A stretch of 64,000 bases of DNA from Basidiobolus meristosporus CBS 931.73 (GCA_002104905.1 MCFE01000379.1:1-64000), one strand, 5' to 3'. Positions 39,694-52,239 are shown, numbered from the stretch's first letter. Numbers and translations are program-made. Notes: generated from the sequence alone by a model not told the origin.

Positions 39694-41205
39694 GCCTGTC
39701 TTCTGGTGAGGTCAAACCCCTCTGAGGAAGAAACGTATTTTGGTGAATCCCACCAAGGATGCACCAGCTCATCGGGAATTTGGCCGACTTGGATCTCCCA
39801 TATTATTGTTGCGGTATATCATCGCAAAGTGGAGCAGCCAGAAAACATGGTGGTTTGAGCTTCAGTTGGAAATCCGATAAAAAAACATTCAATCAATCCA
39901 GTGGAACACCATCTTCATGTTGGAACAAGCTGGTAACAACCTGGTAACAACCGACCTATTACCTGGGGTGGGGTACTTGGGTAATATCTGCATGTGGTAA
40001 AAATGGTCACTTTCCATCCCGCATTAATAAGGAATGAAAGGCTTACTTACTGGTGAAGGCTGAGCTGGCCAATCAGGACGAGTACGGTGAAAATAACCAT
40101 CTGGGTCGATCCAAAGAGCAATTTAAATTGACAGATGATTACCAAAGCAAATGGCACTATATTGTGCTAGCCAGCTTAGGCCTAATATTCTAGCAATCTA
40201 CGGATATGGGAATTCCATCATACACCACTCGCCTAACGGGTGCCTTCATCTTGCCTTGTACGGAACATGGCTTGGACCTTTTCCATAGATGCTTGAATGC
40301 CAGGGTATTCAAGCTTAGAAGGGTATATCAGATACGGCATTCCCAGAAGATGTATTGCAAAAAGGATTATCCACGCCACGAAGAAAGAGACTGAGGCCTC
40401 CAGAAAGCGCTTCTCCCTTATTTTACAATTGGTTTAGCTTATCTGGAGACCCAGTGGATGTGGCAGTGGGTTAGCTTGCACAACAATGAACCGGGCAACG
40501 CAAGTCTTAGGTTTGAAGACAAAGCCCAGCTCTGCTCGGGGTGAAATGGGATGCTGCAAGGGGTGGCCGAATCCTCAGAAAAACCACTGCTTAAAATGGA
40601 TAATGAGTACCGTATTTTCGGGGCATTTTCGACGTTTAGAGAGTTGAGCGGTCGCCTGGAAAAAACCCAATGCCCCATCCCCGAATGCTCGACATAAATC
40701 CCGATCAATCCAGGGCCAACGATACTCCATTAAGCAGATTCGAACGATCAATGGGGGTTTTGGGAATGTCTGGACATCGCCGGCAAGTAATCCAATATGG
40801 ATCATGCAAACTCCCGATTTCGATTGGACCTTGCTAATTTGGGCGGTTTCTCTGTCGCTTTCATGAGTACCTGATTGGTCTTAGATTACGCTTATGATTT
40901 ACTAGGGTTTGGGTTGCTTCAACGGAGTGACGCTGTTGCTGGCGCTTTGTGGGTGCTAGGTGGGCAGGGTGCGACGTGAAGTGTGAGATAGAGGGTAATT
41001 GGAGGATATCAAGAGCGAGGAGATGATGGGACGAGGCTGAGACCATATTTCGTTGATGTTTGTCCAAGTCTCGGATCGAAGGTGTGTGAAAATATGGGAT
41101 GAAACGAAGCCAATGTTTCCAAGTCATGAGATATGAGCAGGAGGCGCTGATGAATTTTCCGTCATGAATCATGAATATCAATATGGATATAGATAGAGTG
41201 CGGAA

Positions 41206-41310
41206 GTGGATATGAGTGGATATGAGCGTGGTTGTGGGTATGGTTATGGGTATGGGTACAGTATGGTATGGGTATAGGTATAGGTACGAGTATGAGTATG
41301 AGTATGAGTG
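41206..41310. repeat. Degenerate hexamer microsatellite (TATGRG)n
   Basis: Runs of TATGAG/TATGGG/TATAGG are visible directly and produce the spurious SYSYSY ORF 40861..41343. Confidence 0.8.
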
Positions 41311-41851
41311 GAGTGAAGCAGCGGACTGGTTTGCTAAATACAAGGGTAGGGTTCGGGAAGGATGAGGTCGGCGGTTCGATGATGTGTGATGTATTTTAAG
41401 AACGTGGGGTGGAACTGAGGGCCCGTTAGATAAATATTCTCCATGTGAAGATGAGTATGCGTGCGAGGGTGAAAATAGACTAAATTAGTGTGGATGAGGC
41501 TAAGAGCAGGTCGGGTTTGGCAAATAAACGAGAGAGCATAAGTGGGGTAGACTAACGATGAAGGTGTACGCCAACTTCACAGCTGAGGCAGCATTCTGAT
41601 AAACTCGCTATGTACGTGAATGGACGGTATAGGTTAGGATGAACTTTCCAGATCGGGTTGTGAATAGGGTAATGGGATTTCCTCAGCTATGTAAAGTTGG
41701 GAAAAGGCTAGGTTTACAAACAGGACAAATTTATTATATCATCTATAGAATAAGTAAATAAAAAACTACATGTGTCTAAGCGCAAAAACGTCAATAACGC
41801 AACATTCGAATATAGAATACAGCTGGTATAGGTATGTACTCCTTGGGTGAT

Positions 41852-42856
41852 TTAATCCTTCTTGCGCTTTTCGGCTTCGTGATGAGGAGGAGCGACCCAG
41901 TACATGCACCCGTGGACCATACAGGCGAGGAGAGGGGCAATCCAAGGGATCCAGTGCTCTTGGAAGTTTCCGGAGGCAACGGCGACACCGAAGAACTTTG
42001 CTGGGTTGGCACCGACACCACCGTATCCATCGGTAAGACCACCACTGACATAAATGTTAAGACCAAGGGCCAGACCCACACAGATAGGACCGACAACTGG
42101 ACCGAAGACCTTTTGCTGCTTGGGGTCGATGGCGGTACCCCAAGTAAGCCATACGTAAGACCAACTGAAGAAGAACTCCAGGCAGAAAGCCTGACCAACA
42201 CTCACGATCTCGGGCTTGAAACCCCAGGAACCAAGCTTGGTAGCTTCGGTGACAGCCTCACCACAAGCGGCGCGAAGCATAGCACCTCCAAGCATGGCAC
42301 CAATGCAATGCATGCCCAAATAGATAATGGCACGAGGAACCGAGCAAAGACGAGTGAATACGGCAGTCCAGGTAATACAGGGGTTGAAATGGGCACCGGA
42401 GACGGAGGCAGAACCCATAATGTAAAGAGTAAGGGTGACGAAGACACCCAAACCGACATCAAGCGAAACAACGGGACCTCCAACTTGAACGGCCCAAACA
42501 GTAACACCGCATGAAACCAAGACGTAAAGGGCCATCAAGAAACATTCGTGGACACCCGAACGCCAGATGGCGGGGTTGCGGAACTCAGACCAGTCAAACA
42601 TCTGCTCATAGGACAAATGATCTTCGTCAGCGATAACGTCAGGATGGAACTCGGGTGTAGGAACGCCTGAAAGAGACTTTCTGTGAGGAATAGCATTGAG
42701 GGAAGCTTGGCGACTACGAGTGATGTGTTGTTCTAGCGAAGCAAGGTGCTCATTACTGAGAGGGACACCAACGTTGAGAGCAGTCTCGTGAGGTCTAAGT
42801 TCGGTGGCTCCTTGACTAACAAAGCCATCGGGAGGGCTGAGTCTTGACGATTCCAT
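41852..42856 (-). CDS. Major intrinsic protein (aquaporin), XIP-like, single exon
   Basis: Six hydrophobic helices with SGAHFNPCIT and GANPAKFFG pore motifs and C-terminal HWIPWIAP. Likely start MESSRLSPP at 42856. Confidence 0.9.
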   Translation of the reverse strand: MESSRLSPPDGFVSQGATELRPHETALNVGVPLSNEHLASLEQHITRSRQASLNAIPHRKSLSGVPTPEFHPDVIADEDHLSYEQMFDWSEFRNPAIWRSGVHECFLMALYVLVSCGVTVWAVQVGGPVVSLDVGLGVFVTLTLYIMGSASVSGAHFNPCITWTAVFTRLCSVPRAIIYLGMHCIGAMLGGAMLRAACGEAVTEATKLGSWGFKPEIVSVGQAFCLEFFFSWSYVWLTWGTAIDPKQQKVFGPVVGPICVGLALGLNIYVSGGLTDGYGGVGANPAKFFGVAVASGNFQEHWIPWIAPLLACMVHGCMYWVAPPHHEAEKRKKD

Positions 42857-44580
42857 AATGAGATATTGAATACGAAATGATAGTGTGGTACAAGGGGGCA
42901 CCAAGGCCCACTTATATACCTTTTCCGTGGACCACATTTGAGGCTATCGATCATTTTGTTCTTTTCAGCATTCTGTGACCCAGATACCAATCCCAATCAA
43001 ATCGCTTAAACGATACCGTTAGATTGCTATATTTTGATGATGTTCAAGTCGAATTTGTGCTATCCAAGTAATTTTGGATTTTTCCTAATTAACCTGATAT
43101 GGCTGATATTCTAACTGCCAAAGTAAGAAGACTGAGATACTATAACTAGATAATGAGTGATTATTTGCTCCATATAAGGGATTTTTTCGTTGCCTATTTG
43201 ATGTATCTACAATTACCAAATCAGTCCATGAAACTTCTTATCCCAAAGACTGTGTCCAATTTCGTCTCAGCTGCCACCAAATCGAAATGTTTATAAGTTG
43301 GTATATAGCTGGCCTACGGAACATTCTAAAATGATCATCCATTGCCATCCATCATATCCGAGATGTTGTGGTCAGATTCCAGAACCTGACATGATTTCTT
43401 GGTCAATGTTACATCGTCTGAGACTGACAAGGACGTGTATTATGGCTCAATAACCCCCGGGTTTATCTAGCAGAGGTGGGATTACATCAGTAAGCTAGTG
43501 AATAAATATATAGGACAGAGCAATCTCATCCCATCATAGATTAGGTTAAATTACACCAGTTGCCATGATTCGTATGTGGAGTAGTGTAACCAGGTAACCC
43601 GCCTAATCAGGTTTTTCAAATACGGATGCTGGTCATGAATTACAGCTAGTATGTAACGCGCTTCCTGATCGATATGGCTTTCCAATCATTGGTGTGTTCC
43701 GGCAAATCATCATTGTCAACATACCTCTCTCGACATCAATTGATCCAGGAAAGTTCTATTGGTTTGCTCACTAGTTTCCGGGTTCCTCCAAATGGTATTG
43801 AACCTGGTCAGCGGTAATTATCCAAAAGATTTGACCATAGTTTTAGCGGTGTTTCCCATTTGTTGCACACACGGTCACCATATTAGGAGAATCCCAGATT
43901 TGATTAATTGGACTCATTGGGAAACGTGAGGATTTATAATTGCGTCAATCACTCACATTTCCTGATTTCATTAATTGAATTCATAATGGTTTTTCAGAAT
44001 CGGAAGCAACTGCCCAAAAGTCACTCAATAGTTTTCCCAAAACCCAAATAAACCGCACCAAAAAGGAGGTTGTTACTCACTGTCCCCATACACTAATTTC
44101 ACTTAAACGACCAACGTCCTCAAACATCCTGATTTGAAATGAATAACCAAGCTGAGTTTTTAAGAATGTTTCTCACGTTTACCCAGCGGGCAAATTTAAC
44201 TCCCTTTACATGTGTTGCCATAATTTACTATGGTACGCTCCTACATGTTGCCTCCGTCCGGGATTCAAGTCCGGTTGTTAGTCACAAGTTTTAAATTGGT
44301 GCAAATAATTAGGAAGTGTTTTACTTATTCAGTCGTGTCGCTTTCATACTTTGGATTAATTTTATCATGATTTTTCTTGAACTTTTGATTAGTTAACAAA
44401 ATAGTCAAGTATTTAGTCTCGTACCAATCATGCCTGGACTAATGAAGAGCTTGGTGCTTGGTTTTTAGTAACTTAATTTTGCACATGAACAGTCGGTGAA
44501 AATATAGCCTAAGTCATACCAAGGGGATATTTAATGTGGCAGTGGCGACCTGGAAGTGGTTGGGAGTATTTAGAAGAAAA

Positions 44581-45900
44581 TGTTGCAAATTTCGTGATGA
44601 CACCTAAATGTTCACCTAACTCATAGTCCACAAATCTTGGAGAATTCTGGCCAAACTCCTTGTCGGGATTTACTATGAATATTTTCGCCAAAACATCAGG
44701 TACCCAGAATGTGAGGTATTTCAGAGTTATCCAAATAGCCCCAAACTTTGCATACATGTTCTTGGACCTACCCGAACATATTTAACGTATTTTCTTTGCC
44801 ATAACTACTTGAAAGTATATATACTACATTTACATTCAATAGATCATTAAGTGAATACCACAAAGTCTACTTACGCACCCAATCACTTCCAATATCTCCA
44901 CAGCTCTTACAGTACTATCTAGACATATTCCACTTGCTTTGTTGCCAGGGCCATGCAGAAGTACAAATACCACACAATCTACAGGTTCTCCCAATCACTT
45001 CCGGTATCTATAAAACTCTTACAATATGAGCAAGATGTGCAATATTTGAAGGCTGTTGGGTAAGTTTGAAAATTTTGGGAACTTCCGGGCCTTCACTAAT
45101 CCTGAGAGTTGGCTGATGACTTACAAACTAAATCATAATCGATTATTCCGTAATTGGCTAGCAGTCAAATATGTTGTAATAGTTTTGACAATATTGGAAG
45201 TGATTGGGAGAACCTGTAGATTATGTGGTTTCACTCAATGATTCATTGAATGTGAAAGTAGTGTTTATACTTTTACATGATCCTGGTAAAATAAGCATGT
45301 AGAATATGCCAAGGAAGTTCCCGAAAGCATGTGTGCAAAGTTTGGGGCTGTTTGGATAACTTTGAGAATATTCATGTTCTGGGTACTTGATGTTTTGATG
45401 AAAATATCCTCCAAGATTTGTAGGTAATGATCTAAGTGACTGAATTAGATCAATATGTAGGTGAAATTCCAGACCTTTACAAGCAAAATAGAGCCCTAGG
45501 GTATATGTAGTACATGTTGTAAGAATCTTAGAGATATTGGAAGTGAGTGGGAGAACAATTAGATTATGTGGTTTTCACTTGATGATTTGTTAAATGTAAA
45601 AGTAGTATTTATACTTTTACCTGGTCCTGGCATTACAAACATGTCGAATAGAGTAAGGAAGGTCTCAAGAACTTGTGTGCAAAGTTTGGGGCTGCTTGGA
45701 CAACTTTGAGAATTTTCATGTTCTGGGTACCTGGTATTATGGTGAAAATATACTAAGTAAATCCAATTTTCATATTCTGGGTAAATATTCTAAGTAAATC
45801 TCAACAAGGAATTTGGTCAGTATTCTCTAGGATTTGAAGGTAATGATCTAAGTGACTAAGTTAGGTGAATATATAGGTGGAATTACAAGCTTTTACAACA
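44581..45900. mobile_element. Island of solo or partial LTRs of the resident copia family
   Basis: A diverged + copy at 44581-44911, fragments at ~44960-45480, and a - copy at 45515-45900 with a short internal duplication. All match the LTR of copy D. Confidence 0.85.
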
Positions 45901-48333
45901 ATTACTTCTAAGAATTAATTAATATGCTACAAACTATATCTTAGGAGAATAGCTCATAGCCTAGCAATAGACAAAGTAGATTCCTTCATTATAGAATTGG
46001 TTTAGGTGTGAATTAAATACTCAAAGTAATATGAGTGTCCTGGGTGTACAGTATACATGTTGCATTTTCTTCCACATTGTTAGTATCATATTGGTCCACT
46101 CCAGTAGATTCTGTACTTGTATAAACCAGAATTAATATGGACACTTAGGCTCCCGCTTAGTGTGTTTGGTATTGTAGTAAGATTCTAGAGAGTATTAAAA
46201 GAGATTTGAAGAACTAGAAGAGATGCATCACACTCAATTGTTGATATACTAGTTCAACAAACATCTTTTTATACTATTAGGGAAACTATGTGAAGCAAAT
46301 GATGTGAGTTAGCTGAAAGAAGTCTCAGAAAGTAGTCCACAAGGCCTAGGGGCTCTTGAGTAATTACAATATCTAGGTCCTCACTAATTCTAAGAGTAAC
46401 CTGATATCCAACAATTAGTATCTTTGGTGTATAGCTCATGGTTTAGCAATAAGTTGAATAGAATTTACAGGTATGCAAATAAATTAGGTTGAACTCACTG
46501 CCCAAAACTACAGTTTCCTGCTAAAACTCTTTGTCAGGGCCTGCTTCAGATGTCTTCATCAACATGTGTGCTGACAGGTGAATGGAAACCTGATAGTTGG
46601 AAAGATTTTCCAAGTAAATGTCAACAGGGAATTTAGGCATGATATTTCAAAATTCATTGACTAGGATCCAAGTGACCAAATGGATAGAGTATTTAGTCAC
46701 AACACAAAATTCACAACATTCTGAACCACTTATTAGATGCTTATGTTTAGAGTACATGACATCTTGGAAATAATGTTCCAAGTATATCCAAACATAGGAT
46801 TTAGACCACAAATACTATGGCTCATAAATTATGATTTAAGTGACCAAGTTAATGGAGTATTTGGGTGTGACTACAAAGACTTGCAACATGACCTACCTAT
46901 TCTTGTAATCATTATCAATAAATCCAAAAACCTCATTACAAGTACAATTATGGGAGATCTTTGATTTGTTGATAAACCAGGTTGAAGTAAAGCCTCACTA
47001 GTTTGAGGGGAACCGTTATAAAGTAAGAATAAGCATACTTTTGGGAAGGGCTTGGACCATTTGGATGTGTTTCAAGATTTGGGCACTTCTGGTATCTCCA
47101 CAGTTTGAAGCAATTGGTGGGCAGATCAAACAGCTTTAATGTCATATAAAAGAAAGTATAGGATCAAAGTTGGCAAATATCTGTGCTGGACTAATTATTA
47201 GCAGCAGTTGATACTATAAGCAACACGCTCCTTTTGCTGAATTCCTCGCGGTGAGGGGGACACCAGCACCAGCAACGACCAATTTATGGCCGTATTCCAA
47301 CCTTCAGGGATCACTGGTGGCTATTGTAAAGTAATCATCGAAATTCAATTCGTTTTGCAAACAATCAGCTTGGAAATTATACAGTAGGCGATAAACGGAT
47401 CATTTGCAACCCAAGTCACCACCAATACTCCCCCCAAACTCTTGCGATCAACAGTGCCAACAAAACAGAGGGATTTTTGATATCCCTTGCTGCCACTGGA
47501 TGTGACTTGATGTCGGAAATTCCAATTCAAGGTGCGCTGATCAAGTGATGGTAGATTTATTCATGGTTGGGTGGGACTTGGAGGGGATTGAGCTTGGTAC
47601 ATATACCACCATGGATTTTCACTGGGCATCCACCAGTCTGCTTATGATCCCTTTGAATGGTTCTCCACGGATCTTAACCATTCTCGCAAACTTGGGTCAA
47701 ACAAGTAGCTTGGCGGATTCGGGGGCCACTGGTGAGCAACCTCTGTGCAGTATCTTCCTAGCGCTACTCAAATATGTATGATTTATCTAGAAGGATGGCG
47801 CCATCGTCTTGGCTACGGGCATGACTTCCCTCCGGATCATTCTGCCAACACTGCGCATATCTTGGTGTGGGACCGATAGCCAGATAGAACAAACATCGGA
47901 CTATCTGGTGCCACTGGTCCTCCTAACCTGGCAATCCCCGAACGAAAAAGGCTGCATTGGACAAAGCGACTGGGATCTGGTTGTTGGTTATCACTCGCCC
48001 TAGCCCTAACCCACTGGCTATCACTCCACATGATTGGAAAGGAATCATCGGGGTTGCTCAACGCTTTCCCGAATCGCCATCTCTATTGGTGGTTGAGGTC
48101 ATGAATCCATATGATTCACCATGTATCATGATTCCAAGAGCCAAGTGCTCCAAACCAATCACATGGGAAGGTGATAATCGAGCAGTATACTACGGGCCAA
48201 TGAGAACCCCCAGCCGGAGCACTCTAGGGCGTAACCCCGAAACTTTTCGTTCGATTCGAGAGTATACCACGATATAACATGCGTACTCGGTAGGTTGCGC
48301 TTCAGTAACCCCCCGCCTGACCCCGACAACACC

Positions 48334-49317
48334 ATGGAACTTATCCCCGAGCTGACCGACCGTTTGCTGTTCGCCATACCCAAAAAGGGTCGTCTTCACG
48401 AGAAATGCCTTCAGCTGCTGAAAGGGGCTGACATCCAATTCCACAAAAAAGCCCGCCTCGACGTGGCGATCGTACGCAACTTACCCATCGCCTTAGTGTT
48501 CCTGCCCGCCGCCGATATCGCCACTTTCGTCGGCCAGGGTAACGTCGACCTGGGCATCACAGGGGAGGACATTATCGCCGAATCGGACGTTCACGGCCAG
48601 GTGGAGAAGGTCATGGATCTTGGGTTCGGAAAGTGCCGTCTCTGCATCCAGGTCCCCGTCAAGGGGGAGATCAAGAAGGTGGAGGATCTGGTGGGCAAAA
48701 GAATCGTCACCAGTTTCGAGGGCGTCTCCCGCAGATATTTCGATGGGATCGACGCGACCGTTCTCTCCGAGGAGGAGATCAAGGCCAATAAGGGGACCAA
48801 GATCACATGCATTAGCGGCAGTGTGGAAGCGGCTTGCACCCTTGGTTTGGCCGACGGGATTGTGGATTTGGTTGGTAAGTGGGCTTGATTCGGTGACTTG
48901 CACTCGACGACCTCGGCGTGACTAACATAATTCCATTTTCCAGAATCGGGAGAAACCATGCATGCCGCTGGCCTCCATGATATCGCCACCATTCTCACCA
49001 CCGAGGCGGTTCTGATCTCCAGAAAGTCCTCCAAGCATGTGGAGCTGATCTCCAAATTGAAGTCTCGTATCGAGGGAGTCATCGCCGCCACCAAGTACGT
49101 TTACATCAACTACAACGTTGATCGCAACAAGCTGAAGGAAGCCACCAAGATCACCCCCGGTCGTAAGGCCCCTACAGTCAGCCCCTTGGAGAATGATGGC
49201 TGGGTCGCTGTAAGCTCCATGGTGTTGAAGGCGGATGTCGCCGATATCATGGACGAGCTCAAGCACATTGGTGCCACTGACATCATGGTGTTTAACATCA
49301 ATAACTGCCGTGTTTAA
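48334..49317 (+). CDS. HIS1: ATP phosphoribosyltransferase (long form), one intron 48875-48943
   Basis: LLFAIPKKGRL, VDLGITGED, GSVEAACTLGLADGIVDLV|ESGETM and TPGRKAPTVSPL. The intron has GTAAGT, GACTAAC and CAG signals. Confidence 0.97.
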
Positions 49318-49876
49318 TGTAGTTCAGATCCAAACTAATGTTTATACCCCCACCACCCTCACTGCCCTCACCACCCACTCATCTGCTGTGCCCATAGAAT
49401 AAATCACCATCGCTATGACGTCGTTGGCTTGCTGATCATTACAAACTGTCCATTAGTGCACCACAATAGAGATCCACCCGCAATCAAGGTCTGAGCGATT
49501 CTAGGCCTCAATGGGCAATATACCAGGAATCACTGCACCGAATGATCGATTCGGGAGCCAATCATCGCTGCAATCGCAGTGTTTAGCCTCTCGACGGAGT
49601 CAATGTTCTAGCCCTGAGAGGACCAATAACAAATATCGCCACCTTCCGTGGGCTCACATAGCGAAGTGGCATTTTGGACGATCGATTGAAGTGACAGCAG
49701 TGGGGCCAATCATCAAGATTTAATATAGGTTTCGTTCTCGAATTTCGATGCAAGCCCCGAAATCTATAGCGCAGATTAACTCAATTATACTAATACCCAT
49801 TCCGGCTAATGCTTGGTATTTGCTCATATATATACCGGTGGACCATCCACTCTTCCCCTCTTCCGTCACAGTAATC

Positions 49877-50450
49877 ATGCAGTCGAACAACAAGCAACAC
49901 AAAGTCGTGGTCCTCGGGGATGGTGCAGTTGGTAAGACTGCGCTCACGGTCCAACTCTGCTCCAACCACTTCCTAGAGACATACAACCCCACCATTGAGG
50001 ATTCATTTCGTACTCAGGCGGTGATCGACAAGAAACCATGCTCCTTGGAGATTTTGGATACAGCCGGCCAGCAGGAGTTTACAATGCTGCGAGATCAGTG
50101 GATTCGTGAGGGAGAGGGGTTCCTCCTTGTATACTGCATCGCAGCCAGGTCTAGCTTCGAGCACGTCGAGATGATCCGGAATGAGATAGCCAAGGTCCGG
50201 GATATCACCAAGACTCCGATCCTCCTGGTCGGTAACAAATGCGACAAGAAGACCGAGCGAGAGGTGTCCCAGTTTGAAGGGCATCGCGCTCGCCAAGCGA
50301 TTGGGATGCCAGTTCATTGAGAGCTCGGCCAAAACGGCCGTGAACGTGGAGAAGACGTTTCATCGGATCGTGCGTCTGATGCGATCCAAGCAAGAGGAGC
50401 CCCATGGTCGGAAAGTCAACATAATGAAGACCAAATGCCACTTGATGTAA
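49877..50450 (+). CDS. RAS2: RasB/Ras2-like small GTPase, copy 1, with a 1-bp insertion at ~50284 (pseudogene or sequence error)
   Basis: GDGAVGKT, YNPTIEDS, DTAGQ and NKCD. Deleting the T at 50284 restores SAK and a CAAX end KCHLM* (TAA 50448-50450). Intronless. Confidence 0.9.
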
Positions 50451-50816
50451 ATTCAATGTAGAGTACCTCACACGTAGACACACAATATGTACATACCAGC
50501 ACCAACCATATATCATCGATAAATAAATTCCCCATAGAAACCGATAGAAAATGATTTATAGTCTATCTTCTTCCATTTTTCGCTAGAAGCAGTCTGGTTC
50601 AATTCACCACTCCAGACGCCACGATATGATATAAATAGATTGCCACAAAGTGCGCAGCGGAATGTGAATTCAGTGATCGTTCGGGTGGCTTCATATGTGG
50701 TTGAACCAAAAAGTCTATATTGAATCGAAGTTAAATCCTTGATTTTATTTACATGGACTGGAGGCGACGGATTGGATGGTATTTTACAAGTTGAGTGCTA
50801 TGCTACACCAATATAC

Positions 50817-51386
50817 TTACATCAACAGGCACTTGGTCTTGGTTTTGTTGGTGCAGCCAAGTAGTTCCTCTTGCTTGGATCGCATCAGACGCACGATCCG
50901 ATGAAACGTCTTCTCCACGTTCACGGCCGTTTTGGCCGAGCTCTCAATGAACTGGCATCCCAATCGCTTGGCGAGCGCGTGCCCTTCAAACTGGGACACC
51001 TCTCGCTCGGTCTCCTTGTCGCATTTGTTACCGACCAGGAGGATCGGAGTCTTGGTGATATCCCGGACCTTGGCTATCTCATTCCGGATCATCTCGACGT
51101 GCTCGAAGCTAGACCTGGCTGCAATGCAGTATACAAGGAGGAACCCCTCTCCCTCACGAATCCACTGATCCCGTAGTGTCACAAACTCCTGATGTCCGGC
51201 TGTGTCCAATATTTCGAGGGTGCATGGTTTCTTGTCGATGACCGCCCGAGTCTGGGAGCAATCCTCAATGGTGGGGTTGTATGTCTCTAGGAAGTGATTG
51301 GAACAGAGTTGGACCGTTAACGCTGTCTTGCCAACCCGTCCATCGCCGAGTAAAACAACTTTATGATGGTTGAGCTTCGCCTTCAT
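50817..51386 (-). CDS. RAS2: RasB/Ras2-like small GTPase, copy 2, intact 189 aa, with atypical catalytic residues
   Basis: GDGRVGKT, YNPTIEDC, DTAGHQEF, NKCD, SSAK and CAAX CLLM with an upstream Cys. Intronless. Confidence 0.95.
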   Translation of the reverse strand: MKAKLNHHKVVLLGDGRVGKTALTVQLCSNHFLETYNPTIEDCSQTRAVIDKKPCTLEILDTAGHQEFVTLRDQWIREGEGFLLVYCIAARSSFEHVEMIRNEIAKVRDITKTPILLVGNKCDKETEREVSQFEGHALAKRLGCQFIESSAKTAVNVEKTFHRIVRLMRSKQEELLGCTNKTKTKCLLM

Positions 51387-51682
51387 AGGTAACCAGCAAG
51401 TTCGCACCGCCCTTCTTATACAGCAAAATGAAACGCCACCAAGATGATTGGCGAGGCGAACAAGGCAGCTTTAAAGGCTAATCGCCAACCGTTTTGTATG
51501 TAGAAGATTACTCAAGATTGATAAGCGAATATATTTGTACAATCTGATGGCCGGATATATCCATCCAGAAGGATCGTCAGCTTTGTAAGCAACTCAGTGG
51601 ATTAGATACTATGGAAACGTGACAGAATATGCATTTCAATTGAATGTTTATTTTGATGGCAAATCGAGGTTGTCCGTTGGAT

Positions 51683-52239
51683 TTAGGCAGTAAGAACAAC
51701 GGCACCACCAGTTTGCTTAATCTTCTCTTCGGCACGACGAGAAACATAACGAGCCTTAACGATGACGGGTTGCTCGGGGAGACGTCCCTTACCGAGAACC
51801 TTTCCGTAACCGGCACGAAGAGTGTCAATGACTGGAACAACTTCCTTGTTGGCGGCATACTTGACACGGGTTTGCTCAGAGACCAAGGTCCACAATTTGT
51901 CAAGGTTGACAACAGGGCGATAGTATTGGTTACGAGTCAAATGGAAGTGACGCATACCAACCTTACCGAAGTAACCAGGATGGTACTTATCCATGTTGAT
52001 ACGGTGGTGATGTTGACCACCAGCCAAACCGCGACCTCCCGGATGTTTTCTGTGCTTACCAACACGACCGTGACCGGCGGAGACGTGTCCGCGCTTCTTT
52101 CTGTTATGATGGAGTCTGGTAGGCTAGTAGAAGGGAAAAGTAGGGTCAATAAATAGTCCGCAACAGAGAAGATCGTCAACTGCATCCATCGCATGCATAT
52201 CTCCATCCATTTCATTCACTGATAATGATCACGTACCAT
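51683..52239 (-). CDS. RPL28: 60S ribosomal protein uL15 (L27a/L28); exon 1 is the ATG only, intron 52124-52236
   Basis: M|[59 protein letters not shown]. Confidence 0.97.

Noticed and set aside
39955-39985. ATTACCTGG resembling the U1 snRNA 5' end
   Set aside because: The match is too short and there is no downstream U1 stem-loop or Sm site.
40861-41343. 160-aa ORF with SYSYSY/IPIPIT repeats
   Set aside because: It is produced by a hexamer microsatellite and shows no protein family signal.
47200-48300. Possible gene or structured RNA upstream of HIS1
   Set aside because: Only short ORFs with no recognisable motif, no convincing splice chain and no known RNA signature were found.
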